A DNA stretch of 64,000 nucleotides from positions 31,354,777 through 31,418,776 of the forward strand of contig NC_092390.1 in assembly GCF_030028105.1 (NCBI RefSeq), written 5' to 3'. Position 1 is the stretch's first letter; each line of letters starts with the position of its first letter. This document shows, piece by piece, positions 25,101 through 37,679 of this stretch. A model generated the notes under the pieces. The model did no database searches and was not told where the DNA came from. It worked only from the letters and a program-made list of their open reading frames with translations. The translations under genes were made by a program, and so were the position numbers. This stretch comes from Mobula birostris. Lineage: Eukaryota.

Positions 25101-28100
25101 CCCTCATTACTACCTGAGTACAATAGCACAATGATCTGTTTGACCATTTGGCACCACAATTGACTTTGTTTTTGTTATTTGTATTAATTATTGCATAATT
25201 TATGTTTTTCTTGTGGATGTTGTGTCTCTAATGCTATGTTCCTGTGATACTACTGCAGGTAAGCTTTTCCCGTGCACTTGTGCATATGATGACAAACTCG
25301 ACTCTGACTTTGAAGGGCCAAACAGCATCTGTGATGGCAGAAGTTGTGTCGATGTTTCAGGTTAGGACCCTGCATCAGGACTGAGGGGGAGGTGTAATGG
25401 ATCACAGGGTTGAATGGAGGCTAGTAATTGATAGGTGAAACCAAATGGGGAGGAAGGGAGTGATGGGAAGATGGAATGTTTTGGGGGAGTGGATGGAAAA
25501 AGTGAACAAAGAAAACTAGAAGGACAGGTGACAGTGTATGGGAAATCTAATTTTTGTCCCAGATTTCAGCATCTGCAGTCTCTTTTCTGTACTCTTTGTT
25601 TCCTCCAACCCTGAAATTCTCAGCAACTTAAGACTGCTTGTTTTTATCACTTTTTCCCCCATTGTGCCCCACCATAGATGCTGCCTTACTGCTGAGTTTT
25701 CTCCAGTATTTATTTTTCAGCACAACAGAAGATTTTGGATGCTGATCCTTTCCTTTGAAAAAAAAGAGAAAAGTCTGAAACTATGCTTTTGCAAGGAGGT
25801 TTGTTCCAGCCTTCCCTTCTTTAATAGCTTCCTGATGAGAATCAGAAGAAAAGTAGTTTTCTTTTCCCCTCTTAAACGAGTACTAATAACCTGTGAGTGA
25901 GTAGATTTATCAGGAAAATATCCAGAGGCCATTTATTGTAATGAGATGGCCTTGGCAGTATTTCTCTTTATTTCCTGTCAACAAGGCAACTGTGCCTGGG
26001 CAGCCGTCCAGTTAATGTGAAGCCTCAAATGAAATGACAAATAATCGGTACTCTAGGGCCCACTACTCCCGCTCTCTCATAGCATTTCACGGATTCTTAA
26101 TATTAATCTTGGTTTTTAATCAATCTTGTCACAATTTCCATCATTCAGGAATGAGTTCATTTGTTTTCAGTCTGGCAATGGAAAGTCTGTGAACCTTAAA
26201 TTAATGTTATCTATTGCTTTACCAGAGAATCCAAGCTAATCTGATTTAATGGACCATCCAAGCACTATAAGACTAAAGCACACAGGGCTCTGAATCCTCA
26301 GCGAAGCCACAAATTCCATTCAACTATGGTGTTTGAGTGTGAGGATTTCTACTTGCAGAAATACACAGAAAAGTGACTAAATTAATGTGCCATGAATCTA
26401 CATGCAAAGTAGAAATGAGCCCATTCACTGTCTTTTATTATTGACAAACGTGAGCAAAATATATGTGCCCTGTACTCAGAGTGAGAGAAAAAGCAGGTCA
26501 AAAGGTTGATAACTACTGTCATAGGACTTTTCTTTGGATGCTGCCTTTTTTTCTTGATGTTGATCGTTGCCACCGGAGCTGAAATAGTTTTAATCAGGTA
26601 GGGCATTGACAGATTTAGATACCCAGTTGAACTGTTGCTCAAACTTGTCTGTTTCCCTGCTGAGATCCCTTGGCTCCTGGCAACCGTGTGCCAGAAATGT
26701 TGTGTTTCCAGATAGGCTAAAAATAGCTCATTACAGAATCCAAAATTTGGACTACAACAAAACATAGCTCAAGGGCCTGGTGGAAAATCATAGTGAAAAC
26801 ATGAGGCAGAAATGGACAATACAAGGAGGCATAATTTTAAGGTGACTTGAAGAAAGTATTGGGGGGAGGGGATGTCAGAGGTAAGTTCTTTATGCAGAGG
26901 GTGGGGGGGTGCATGGGATGGTGGTAGAGGCAGATACATTTAGGTCATTTAAGAAGCTCCTAGGCACATAGATGATAGCAAAATAGAGAAGTATGTGGGA
27001 GGAAAGAGTCAGATTGGTCTTAGAGTAGGTTAAAAGGTCAGCACTACGTCGTGGGCTGAAGGAACTGTACTGTTCTATGTTCTATGTTTACTGACGCAGA
27101 AATGCCTATTTCTATGTACTAAAAGAGGAGACCCACTGTGTCAGTGGAGCTGTTATTTGCACCTACAGTCTCAGGAATGGAGTGGGTGTGCCCAGCACCT
27201 CCATTTTACCTTTTCATTGCACCCACAACAGCATCCGTGCCCAGCGAATGGGCATTCAACACCTGCATTTTCCATGCATTTTATGCACTGACCGCAGAAA
27301 TGGGAGGGAAACAGTGTGAACAAATGAGAAGTGTAGATATTTGTGACTGCAAGCAGCAGTTTTTGTAGCATTGATCAGCACACTGTCTGTACTCTTGGTC
27401 ACTTTTTGAACAAATTGCAGCAAACCAGTAAGAACAAAAACTAAAAGAATATCAAAGAAACCCTTCAGAAATGATGAAAGAGGAATGTCAAATATTGAGG
27501 TAAAATTTGTAACGGATGTCTATAGTTAGTCAGTAATCTTATTAAAATACAAATAAGAATTCAAACTTGTGATGATCTCTAATGCTTCACATGCTTCTGA
27601 AACCATAGCTGTTGAAAACTATATAAGTGCCTAGCCATTTTTGACATCTCAGATTTCAAGCAACGACACACGTGTTTAAGTTCTTGACTGCAGGTATTTG
27701 AGAAGGAGCGGGGCAGGCTACGTAATGGTGTTGGTGCATCAGCCGTTATCTTCAAAACCATTGACCCAAGGTGAGAGCATCAGGAATTGTCCTGGGAAAA
27801 GCAGGCGAGTTGGATTCACAATTTCATTATGTAAATTGAGTCCCACCATTGAGGGATGTCTTCAAAAGGTGATGCCTCAGAAAAGCAGCATCCATCATTA
27901 AGAATCCCCACCATCCAAGACCTGCTCTCTTATCAATACTATCATCAGAGAGGAGCCTGAATACACACACTCAACATCTGAAGAACAGCTTCTTCCCTTC
28001 TGCCCGAAGGAGTTCTGAACAGACAACGAACATGAACACTTCCTCAATGATTTTCCCTCTCTTTTTGCACTACCTACTTAATTTATTTACTTTGCATATA

Positions 28101-28577
28101 TTTCTTATATAGTTTATACTAGATTTCATGTAATGCACTGTACTGCTGCCACAAAACAACATATTTCATGACATGATTCTGATTCTGAAATTGCTGAATT
28201 TCAGTGATTTTAGCATGAACTTGTAAGTTTAATTTCTTCTGCACAGGCTTCCCCAACAACTGATGAAAACAATGGGAAAAGTGGCTTTGGAAAGCATGGA
28301 AGAGCAGATTATTAAGTCTTTTTACTTTGTGATACAATCTTACAGCAGATTTCTCTGCTTTATTCACCCACAAGGAGGCTAAAGAGAGGTCTGTGGGTGA
28401 GAGTGATGGTATTTGTTAAATGAATGGATGGAAAATATTTGCTGAAGTTGCTCATGAAGCAGAAGTATGGCACTGCAAAAGGATAGTGAGAGGGACAGGA
28501 AAAGATGAACCAGCACAAAGGGAAGGGAATATAATGACGCTTAATGCATTGGAGTATGCTTCAGGTAGAGTGAAAGA

Positions 28578-28868
28578 TTAAAGATAAAAATTAGCTTTAC
28601 TTGTCACACGCGCATAAAAACATACAGTGAAATATGTTGTTTTGCTGTCAATGACCAACACAGTCCAAGGATTGCTTTGGGTGCAGCCCACAACCGTTGC
28701 CATGCTTCTGACACCAATATCGCGTGCCCACAACTCACTAAGCCTAATCCTAACCACACGTCTTTGGGATGTGGGGGGAAACTGGAGCACCCGGAGAAAC
28801 CCCACACGGTCACAGGGAGAATGTACAAACTCCTCACAGACTGTGGTGGGAAATGAACCCGATCAGTG
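28578..28868 (-). mobile_element. HE1/V-SINE-like SINE (continues at ~30152-30200 beyond the Rex1 insertion)
   Basis: Core ggaaactggagcacccggagaaaccccacacggtcacagggagaatgtacaaactcc. Confidence 0.7.
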
Positions 28869-30151
28869 ATCATAGTCATACTTTATTGATCCCGAGGGAA
28901 ATTGGTTTTCGTTACAGTTGCATCATAAATAATTAAATGGTAATAAAACCGTAAATAATTAAATAGTAATATGTAAATTATGCCAGGAAATAAGTCCAGG
29001 ACCAGCCTATTGGCTTAGGGTGTCTGACCCTCCAAGGGAGGAGTTGTAAAGTTTGATGGCCACAGACAGGAATGACTTCCTATGACGCTCTGTGCTGCAT
29101 CTCGGTGGAATGAGTCTCTGGCTGAATGTACTCCTGTGCCCAACCGGTACATTGTGTAGTGGATGGGAGACATTGACCAAGATGGCATGCAACTTGGACA
29201 ACATCCTCTTTTCAGACACCACCGTCAGAGAGTCCAGTTCCATCCCCACAACATCACTGGCCTTACGAATGAGTTTTGATCCTGTTGATGTCTGCTACCC
29301 TCAGCCTGCTGCCCCAGCACACAACAGCAAACATGATAGCACTGGCCACCACAGACTCGTAGAATATCCTCAGCATTGTCCGGCAGATGTTAAAGGACCT
29401 CAGTCTCCTCAGGAAATAGAGACGGCTCTGATCCTTCTTGTAGACAGCCTCAGTGTTCTTTGACCAGTCCAGTTTATTGTCATTTCGTATCCCCAGGTAT
29501 TTGTAATCCTCCACCATGTCCACACTGACACCCTGGATGGAAACAGGGGTCACCAGTGCCTTAGCTCTCCTCAGGTCTACCACCAGCTCCTTAGCCTTTT
29601 TCACATTCAGCTGCAGATAATTCTGCTCGCACCATGTGACAAAGTTTCCTACCGTAGCCCTGTACTCAGCCTCATCTCCCTTGCTGATGCATCCAACTAT
29701 GGCAGAGTCATCCGAAAACTTCTGAAGATGACAAGACTCTGTGCAGTAGTTGAAGTCCGAGGTGTAAATGGTGAAGAGAAAGGGAGACAAAACAGTCCCC
29801 TGTGGAGCCCCAGTGCTGCTGATCACTCTGTCGGACACACAGTGTTGCAAGCACACGTACTGTGATCTGCCAGTGAGGTAATCAAGAATCCATGACACCA
29901 GGGAAGCATCCACCTGCATCGCTGTCAGCTTTTCCCCCAGCAGAGCAGGGCGGATGGTGTTGAACGCACTGGAGAAGTCAAAAAACATGACCCTCACAGT
30001 GCTCGCTGGCTTGTCCAGGTGGGCGTAGACACGGTTCAGCAGGTAGACGATGGCATCCTCAACTCCTAGTCGGGGCTGGTAGGCAAACTGGACGGGATCT
30101 AAGTGTGGCCTAACCATAGGCTGGAGCAGCTCCAGAACAAGTCTCTCCAGG
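28869..30151 (-). mobile_element. Rex1/Babar LINE, 5'-truncated and relatively young
   Basis: 284-aa RT ORF 29263-30117 (DPVQFAYQ, DFSSAFNTI, GAPQGTVLSP, FSDD) with the frameshifted C-terminus in ORF 29007-29249; near-TSD gatcaStg. Confidence 0.92.
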
Positions 30152-30854
30152 GATCACTGGCATTGTAAAATAATACACCAATTGCCACACTACCTGCCTC
30201 CCCCATGCTACCGTGCTGCACAATTAAGCAATTCCTTTTAGGTATTTTTAAGTATTAAGTAATATGCGCAACAGGATCTATCATTTGTGCTTGCATTCCA
30301 GGCCTGATTATTTCACTTAATCATTTGCAGCAGGGTATCTAGGAGCTTGATGCCTGACTCCTGTTGCTAAATTCCAAGGCAACGTTCATTCTCACCTCAA
30401 TCATAGGGTGAACAAGCTTTGTCCTCCCCTTAACAGGGAAGATGATATCCCTGCGGGCCCCAATACAATTTCATGTTTTCCAGAGTCCCACTGATATGCC
30501 GGGGGAGGGGGGTTGGGGATGGGGTTGTTCAGCAGACTGAGAGAGGACCTTCTTTTCACATATTGAAAGTAAGACCCAGCCACTCAGCAAATAAATCAAT
30601 GATGGCAACACAGGCAACCGCGGCCACATGTAAAATATCAACCATGCCTTTGTCTTCTCAGCTGCTTAATCCACAGAGTTCTTCCAGCAGTTTATTTTAT
30701 TGTCTGCATAATCCAGTGACTAAGGTTTGTTGACATTGGTTTTGGGGAGCAGTCACTATTTTCCATTAGGTAGAAGGAATAGATATACTCCTGCAACACA
30801 CATCAAAGTTGCTGGTGAACACAGCAGGCCAGGCAGCATCTCTAGGAAGAGGTA

Positions 30855-30892
30855 CAGTCGACGTTTCAGGCCGAGACCCTTCGTCAGGACTA
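30855..30892 (-). ncRNA. Minimal type I hammerhead ribozyme motif
   Basis: Exact reverse complement of the + strand motif at 30959-30996. Confidence 0.75.
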
Positions 30893-30958
30893 ACTGAAAG
30901 AAGAGCTAGTAAGAGATTTCTTACTCTCTTCAAATCTCTTACTAGCTCTTCTTTCAGT

Positions 30959-30996
30959 TAGTCCTGACGAAGGGTCTCGGCCTGAAACGTCGACTG
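30959..30996 (+). ncRNA. Minimal type I hammerhead ribozyme motif
   Basis: UAGUC-CUGACGA-AGG(GUCUCGG)CCU-GAAA-CGUC^GACUG: complete catalytic core, stems I and II, palindromic ACGU stem III. Confidence 0.78.
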
Positions 30997-31171
30997 TACC
31001 TCTTCCTAGAGATGCTGCCTGGCCTGCTGTGTTCACCAGCAACTTTGATGTGTGTTGCTTGAATTTTCAGCATCTGCAGAATTCCTCGTGTTTGTGTTAT
31101 TATACTCCTGCAGGAGCTTTGTCAGTGACGAGGTCAAAGTTATGATGAAAAGGATTTTGTGGCAATGAAGT

Positions 31172-32290
31172 TGTCATGGTCCAGTCTGTGGGACCCGCGT
31201 TCCGGTTCACGTCCCGGTCTGTGGTTCCTTGTTCTGGGCTTTCTGGTTTTCCCCAGGTTCTGTTGTAGGCACATGGTTCTCGTTTTGGGGCTGAGACATA
31301 AATACCTCTGCAAAGCAGGGATTCCCTGCTGGACTGTTCTGTTCCCCTCCCTGTCTTTCCCCCCCACCTAACTCTCTGCCTGGATACCTTGCCTGTATAC
31401 CCTGCCTGTATCGCTGAAGTTTTACCGCTGGAGCAAGACCGGAGCCTTTTTAGGTCAAGATAAGAAACTGTCTTTTGTTGTGTGGAGTTGTCTCTCTGTG
31501 TCCACGCCTTTGCTAGGTAGGTCCGGCCGTTTGCCACTACCCAGTGTTGGGAACTACCTCTGTGTCCTCGCCTTCGCTAGGTAGGTCCAGCCGTTTGCTA
31601 TCACCTTGTGTTGGGATCTGTCTCTTCATGTTCAGCATTCTGTGTATGAGCCCCGGCCCTACATCCTGTTCCCAAGGAGGGGTCCCGGCTCTGTGTTCTG
31701 TGTTCCCGTCTCTTCTAGTCCAAGGCTCCATGCTGCTATCTCTTCTAGTCCAAGGCTCCATGCTCCTGAAGGCCCTCGTCCAGTCTGTGCCTAGTCCAGT
31801 CCTATCCGAGTCCTGTCCTTGTGTCATGCCCTACCCAGGAGTTCCTCACCCAAGCCATGTCCAGTTCTATAGCCTCATCTTGTCCTCGCCTAGTTCTGGA
31901 GTCCGCGCTTCAGTCAACTCCCAGGCTGTGGGTCCTTGCCCAGTCTCTGGCTCAGAGCCCAAGCCTCAAGGCTCAAGACCCGAAGCCTGTCTCCAAGCCT
32001 CAAGGCTCAAGACCCCAAGCCTGTCTCCAAGCCTCAAGCCTCTGGACCCCAGCCTCCAGTCCTGACGTCATGTCATGTCCTTGCCTGGTTCTGGGGCCCG
32101 AGCCTGAGGCAAGACCCAGGTTCTGGGTCCTTGTCCAGTCTCTGGCTTGGGGTCCAAGCCCAAGTCTGTGTTCTTGTCCCTGCTCCTTGTCTGTATCCTG
32201 TCATGTCCCTACTCCAGTCAAGTTCTGTTCCTTGTACTTCAGTGACTGTGCCTTGCATTTGGGTCCATTCCCAATGCCCCCCATGTGACA
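31172..32290 (+). mobile_element. Solo LTR (~1.1 kb)
   Basis: TGTCATG...TGTGACA ends, exact 5-bp TSD GAAGT (31167-31171, 32291-32295), internal tandem repeats. Confidence 0.85.
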
Positions 32291-32295
32291 GAAGT

Positions 32296-33300
32296 AGCCT
32301 TGCAAGGTCATCACTACCACCGTCATGGAGCTTCAGTGTGTGGATGGCAATGCCATCACAGCACACCTTAAAGAAGACCTCCAATGAAACCTGAATGCTT
32401 TTGCTGAGGCATATAGGGCCCTGAGTTTTGTTTTGAATATTACAAAGATGCAGGTTCTATATATCATCAGCTGCCCAAGCAGCAATTTATCCAGTCGTCC
32501 CTCCAGAAAAGTTGGTGATACTGCCATTGAACGTAAACCACCTTCCCTACCTTGGCAGCATTCTCTCCTCAAAAACAAACATCGACTCAGAGGTCAAACA
32601 CCACCTGAGTTGTGCTAGCCCAAGCAAGATTAAAGAAAATGCTTTGAAGACATTGATGTACAGGTCCAAGCTAAACCTTTGGTCAATAGACTAGTTGTCC
32701 TTCCTACAAATTGCATAGAGCTGAATCATGGACCACTTAAAAGACCCTTCTGAAGGATTTGAAAATCAGCTGGAAGGACAGGCACACTATCACCAGTGTG
32801 CTGGAGGAGGCCAAAATGAACAGCATTTCCACCATGATAAAGCAATACTAACACCAATGGATAGGTCATGTCATCTGGATGCCTAACTCATACGTCCCAA
32901 AAACAGATCCTTTACTCCCAATTGAAAGAAGGTCAGGGAGCCCCTGGTGGACAAAGAAAATGCTTCAAAGATAACATCAAAATCAGCCTGAAAAAATTCA
33001 ACATTACATCTAAAACTTGAGAAGATGTTGAACTCAATCGGTACACCTGGAGGAAATCTGTTCGACAGAGAGTCATGCTACATGAGAGCGACCTCCACTG
33101 AGAACAATCAGCAGCTGATTAAGGGGAGACTGAACAGCCAAAAGGCCCAACCACTAACCACAGCCACCATTTACTCTTGTCCACACGGCACCAGAATATC
33201 TGCATCCCAGATCCGCTTCTACAGCCACCTGAGGACTCACCAATAGACAACCCTTTAGGAGAACCTTAATCCAGTCTTCACTGTGATTGGCTCTGTCCTA
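32296..33300 (+). mobile_element. RTE-clade LINE 3' fragment
   Basis: HLPYLGSILSSKTNIDSEVKHHLSCAS, WIGHVIWMP and C-terminal YSCPHG...YSHLRTH. Confidence 0.75.
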
Positions 33301-33460
33301 GATCCCTTATATAGAACCACAGCTTGCATGCCATTGTGAAGTGACATGACAAACTTATAAGCGAACATGTGTTATAGTGTAGTTCCTTCCAACTGTTGAA
33401 GTATAGCTTTGGCAACATTGATAAGGCTAACAGTTGTGTCTGCCCACTCTGCCTGTAAAT

Positions 33461-33540
33461 TAGGGGCTCCCAAACTTTTTTATGCCATGGAGCCCTACCA
33501 TTAACAGAGGGGTCTGTGGACACCAGTTTGGGAACCCCTG
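33461..33540. mobile_element. hAT/Charlie-type 80-bp MITE
   Basis: TIRs taggggctcccaaact / agtttgggaacccctg; partial 8-bp TSD. Confidence 0.7.
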
Positions 33541-34479
33541 CTCAAAATGGACATAATCTACAAGGTCAGGAGATGGCTCTTTGGTCACTTGTCGGGTGGT
33601 TAAGGAGGAATGACTTTTCCTGTGGTAGACAGCAGGGAAACCTCACTGCGATTACCAGTCTACCTTCGTGAAAATACTCATGACTGCAACATCTCTGCTG
33701 CCTCCTCATATATCCTCCTCTTCCCAACTGGAGATGATGACATTATAAATTCATCTATTAACGGAAGGATAGAGCAGCTCTACTTCCAAAGGAAGCTCAT
33801 TTGTGGTGAGATGCAAAAATCGTGATGAGCAAGATTGAAATAAGTGTGGGTGCACTGAAGTAGCCATGTTCAAAACCAGTTTTTGTTGTGATTGGCCCTA
33901 CTGTTAAATCATGGCAAGAGATAATGTTGCAGGCAGAGTTTGGGTTCTTTTGACATTAGGGCCAGTTCTATGGCACGAGAAACATTGTCAAGGTGGGCAT
34001 TTTGCACCAAGAGAAAGCTGGGACTGAAATACCTCTGGGCAGGTTAACTACTGCTGGAGGGTCGAGTTCAAGCTAATTTGGCAGAGGACTGGCCACTTAC
34101 AAGAGACTTTTAGAGTAACTGTATTTGCTGGGCAAACCAGAACATTAAACTGGAGAACTCTCTCAGCATTATTAAAGCTAAAAAAAACCAGAGTGAATGG
34201 GGGAATTTCCACAAAGAACAATGATCATACTGTGCACTAGTGAAGCAAATGTTGCATACACAGCACTTCTTAAAGAAAGCTATCTGAAATTATCTTTCCA
34301 AATCAAATTGCTCTTTGCTTTCCTGCTCAGTTCCATGGGTACCATCTGTTGCCATCTCACATTACATTGCAACCAATGACAAGTATACTCAGCCCTGTGT
34401 TCAAATACTCCTGTGGCGTATGGTGTGAAATTTGGCAGCTTAAGTTGGCACAGTGCTGCCTGTTTGTGCTTTGTTTCAG

Positions 34480-35120
34480 GTGTACAGAACCTGACCTACC
34501 ACACCTTTAAAGTGATTTCCCCTGTGAAATGCACTCAATGGATTTCACGGACGAACTGCCCAGATTTTGGAAGGCACTGAATCCTGCTGTACGTGCGTTG
34601 GAAAAGAACAGTGCCCACCTCCTCTCTGAATACCCCTTTGCTGAAAACTGTGGAGAGCGATGCATCGGCATCTATACAGAATCATCCCCAAAAGGACTCT
34701 CGCTGGTCCCAAGGGATACACCCCAAGATAGATATCAGTTGCTGCTGGGTGGCCATCAATTAATTCAGAAGAAGGGAGACGCTGTGGTCAGTCTGAAATC
34801 TACTGATCTCCCAGTAGAAGGATCCCCCAATGACTAAGTGCTGCTAACACTCAGAAGTCCAAGGAATAGGTGCTGTGGAACACTCTCAAACAGGCGTGAC
34901 TTATGCAAGAGTCCTGTGTGGGAAGACCAGTATGTAATTGCACCCTACATCAAGCCTCCATTGCATAGAGCTTGGAAGAGGGGGAAGACTCTGCAGCATT
35001 CCCTTTCAAGAATGAATTATATTTATACCTTCCAATGTGTTGGCTGAGCATCTGTAGAACTATACTGTTGTTTGTGTGAATTATGTATATTTGTGCATTC
35101 TAAAAAATAATTTTCACCGA
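34480..35120 (+). mobile_element. Highly degenerate L1/Tx1-like ORF2 C-terminus
   Basis: EKNSAHLLSEYPFAE followed by frameshifted LWRAM resembles the ETxxHLxxECPFAxxxW zinc knuckle. Confidence 0.4.
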
Positions 35121-35397
35121 AAAAAATTATTGATCTTGCCTGTTAGCACATCCAAGACTGTTCGCTCAGCTGTGTGAGCTGCTTTCAGCTCCCCCCCACT
35201 TGGCCTGATGCATCTGCAAGGAACGTTATCCCAAGAAAGCAGTGTGCATCACCAAGGACCACCATCCAGTGCACGTTCTCTCCTCATTACTACTATCAGG
35301 CAGTGGGTACAGGAGCCTTAGGTCCCTCACCACCAGCTTCAGAAAGTTATTACCCTACAGCCATCAGGCTCCTGAAAGAGCGTGGATAACTTCACTC

Positions 35398-36653
35398 TGT
35401 CATGGTCTGGATCGGAGTCCCTTTAAATTTAGCTTGTTTATGTTACGATCTGGACCGTTGATTCCCTGTTTTCCCGTGTTCCTCGACTTTGGTGATTAAA
35501 GGCAATTAACACTGGGCTGAACCGGTAGTTTATAATCTCCGGCTTTCAGCCGTTTGGCGCAGGAGCGTCTGCAAAGGTACGGTATGCCAATGTCATCTGG
35601 CCGGAGCAAGCCTTGTCTCCGCCCGAAGTGAGTGCCGGTAATTCGCCTTTCCTCACCAGAGCAATCTTGTCCAGTTACCTCGCTGAAGCGAGCCTGTAAA
35701 GTTTCCTCTTCAAGGTGGGTCCGTCAGTTTACCCGCCAGAGAGAATCAAGAGCCGCTGTCTACTGTTCCCGGGCCGAGTCGAGAGCTCGGCACTACCCGG
35801 AGGTTCCAAGCACCACGTCCACGTCCTGGCTCTGGCAGCATCCAAGTACCACGTCCACGTCCTGGGCCTGGTGGCATCCAAGTACCATGTCAAGTCCTGG
35901 CCCTGGCGGTCTGTGATACCTGTCCTACCCCCTTGTCTGAATCCCTTCTCTGCCCCTCTCACCTCTAGCCCTCGTCTGCAGCCTCACCTGCACTTTGGTC
36001 TAGTTCTATCACCGGAGCTAGATAGGTACCGTCTGGTGTTCATTCGTGTTGGTCTTGTCTTGTCTTGTCCTCGCCTCAGTGGGGTAAGTCTGGCCGTCTT
36101 GCCGTTGCCCCGTGGGGTGTCATGTCTTGTCTTGTCCTGTCCTCGCCTCCGTGGGGGTAAGTCAGGCCGTCTTGCCGTTGTCCCGCAGAGGGTCATGGGT
36201 CATGAGTCATGAGTCCCGGCCCTATGTCCTGTATCCAAGGAGGGGTCCCAACTCTGTGTTCTGTGTATGTGTCCATGGTTCCATGTACCTGCTCTCCCGA
36301 GACCGAGGTCCTGTTTTCCATGTTCCTCCTCTCCCTAGCCCATGTCATGTCCATTCCTGGTTCTGGGGTCCGAGCCCAAGGCAAGACCCAGGTACTGGGT
36401 CCTTGCCCAGTCTTGTGCTCAGAGTCCATACCCTAGCCTCTTCATGTCTCCTCTAGTTCTGGGAGCCGATTCCGAGTCCTAGCCCAGACCCTTGGTCCCA
36501 GCCTAGTCGTAGTCCTGAGTCCTTATCCTGTTTGCTATTCCTGCTTCTGTCTTTCTCTCCTGGTATCGTACAATAAACTAAACCTAAGTAACCTCTCAAG
36601 ATGTGTCTTGCATTTGGGTCCACCCTTGCTCCCAGTGCCCCGCCATTGTGACA
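35398..36653 (+). mobile_element. Solo LTR (~1.26 kb) inserted in a Rex1 tail
   Basis: TGTCATG...TGTGACA ends, exact 5-bp TSD CACTC (35393-35397, 36654-36658), AATAAA near the 3' end; shares blocks with 31172-32290. Confidence 0.87.
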
Positions 36654-36886
36654 CACTCATTTCAACTCTGAACTGACCCCACAGCCTAAAGACTCACTTT
36701 CAAGGACTCTACAACTCATGTTCTCAGTATTATTTATTTACTTATTATTACAAACGTTTGTATTTGAATAATTTGTCTTCATTTATGTATAGTAACCATA
36801 CATTCTAACACATTTCTTTATTTTCCTGTAAATGCCTGCAAGAAAATGAATCTCAAGGTAGTATACGATTACATACTGTATATGTA

Positions 36887-37202
36887 AGTAAAGGCATCCG
36901 TTAGTCTTGCGAGACCATGGATCTGCACCTGGAAAGTCTTCACCCTCTAGGGTGCAGGCCTGGGCAAGGTTGTATGGAAGACCAGTAGTTGCCCATGCTA
37001 CAAGTCTCCCCTCTCCACAACACCAAAGTTGTCCAAGGGAAGGGCGTTAGGACCCATACAGCTTGGCACCAGTGTCGTCGCAGCGCAATGTGTGATTAAG
37101 TGCCTTGTTCAAGGACACAACACGTTCCCTCGGCTGGGGCCCAAACTCATGACCTTTAGGTAGCTAGTCCAATGCCTTAACCACTTGGCCACGTGCCCAC
37201 AC
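36887..37202 (-). mobile_element. tRNA-derived SINE
   Basis: tRNA-like head gtggccaagtggttaaggc on the minus strand; 12-bp TSD actgtatatgta (36875-36886, 37203-37214). Confidence 0.8.
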
Positions 37203-37679
37203 ACTGTATATGTACCTTGATGATAAATTTACTTTGACTTACGACCTTATAATGGTACGCAGCTCCACATACCTATTGTCTTCACTCTGTACCAACAACA
37301 CATAGATGGAATATGGTTAACACCAAGGAATAGACATCACTAGACCTCTGCCAGCATATCAGTATATTGTGCTTGGTCAGTGAAAAGGTGGCTCTGAACC
37401 TTTGCAAAGTTGACATCAGGCTAAAGTCGAAAAACATCACCAGAACCATTCAGGTTTTGAAGGACATCAGAATGCATGTTGAGCCGATGGGAATGTACAA
37501 GGAGGATAAAAGCTCTTAGAAATAAATTAGGGCATGGCATTGATGAGAATGCTTGGAAGACCTTCATAGACTCAATTGGTCAAATAGTCTCCTTCTTTCC
37601 AAAGAAGAACCCAAAGTCTGGCAACGGAAATGGGGAAAGGTATCTTTTCCAGTGAAGGACTCAAAGGAGCTATGTGGTG

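Larger units (their letters stand above)
30793..31100. mobile_element. Perfect fold-back Penelope mini-insertion
   Basis: Identical 127-bp inverted arms at 30793-30919 and 30932-31058, a 12-nt spacer, a ~40-nt tail, and TSD tatactcctgca (30784-30795, 31101-31112). Confidence 0.92.

Noticed and set aside
31100-32394. Cluster of 100-170 aa Ser/Pro-rich ORFs
   Set aside because: Low-complexity translations of tandem repeats in a solo LTR.
34529-34837. 102-aa ORF preceded by an acceptor-like ttgtttcag
   Set aside because: No partner exons were found, and the motifs fit a decayed L1/Tx1 zinc-knuckle region better.
35803-35900. Regularly spaced short direct repeats that superficially resemble a CRISPR array
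   Set aside because: The units are tandem near-identical copies without unique spacers, lie inside a solo LTR in eukaryotic DNA, and have no cas genes nearby.
37125-37197. tRNA-like sequence
   Set aside because: It is the head of a TSD-bounded SINE, with a degenerate B box and no complete cloverleaf.
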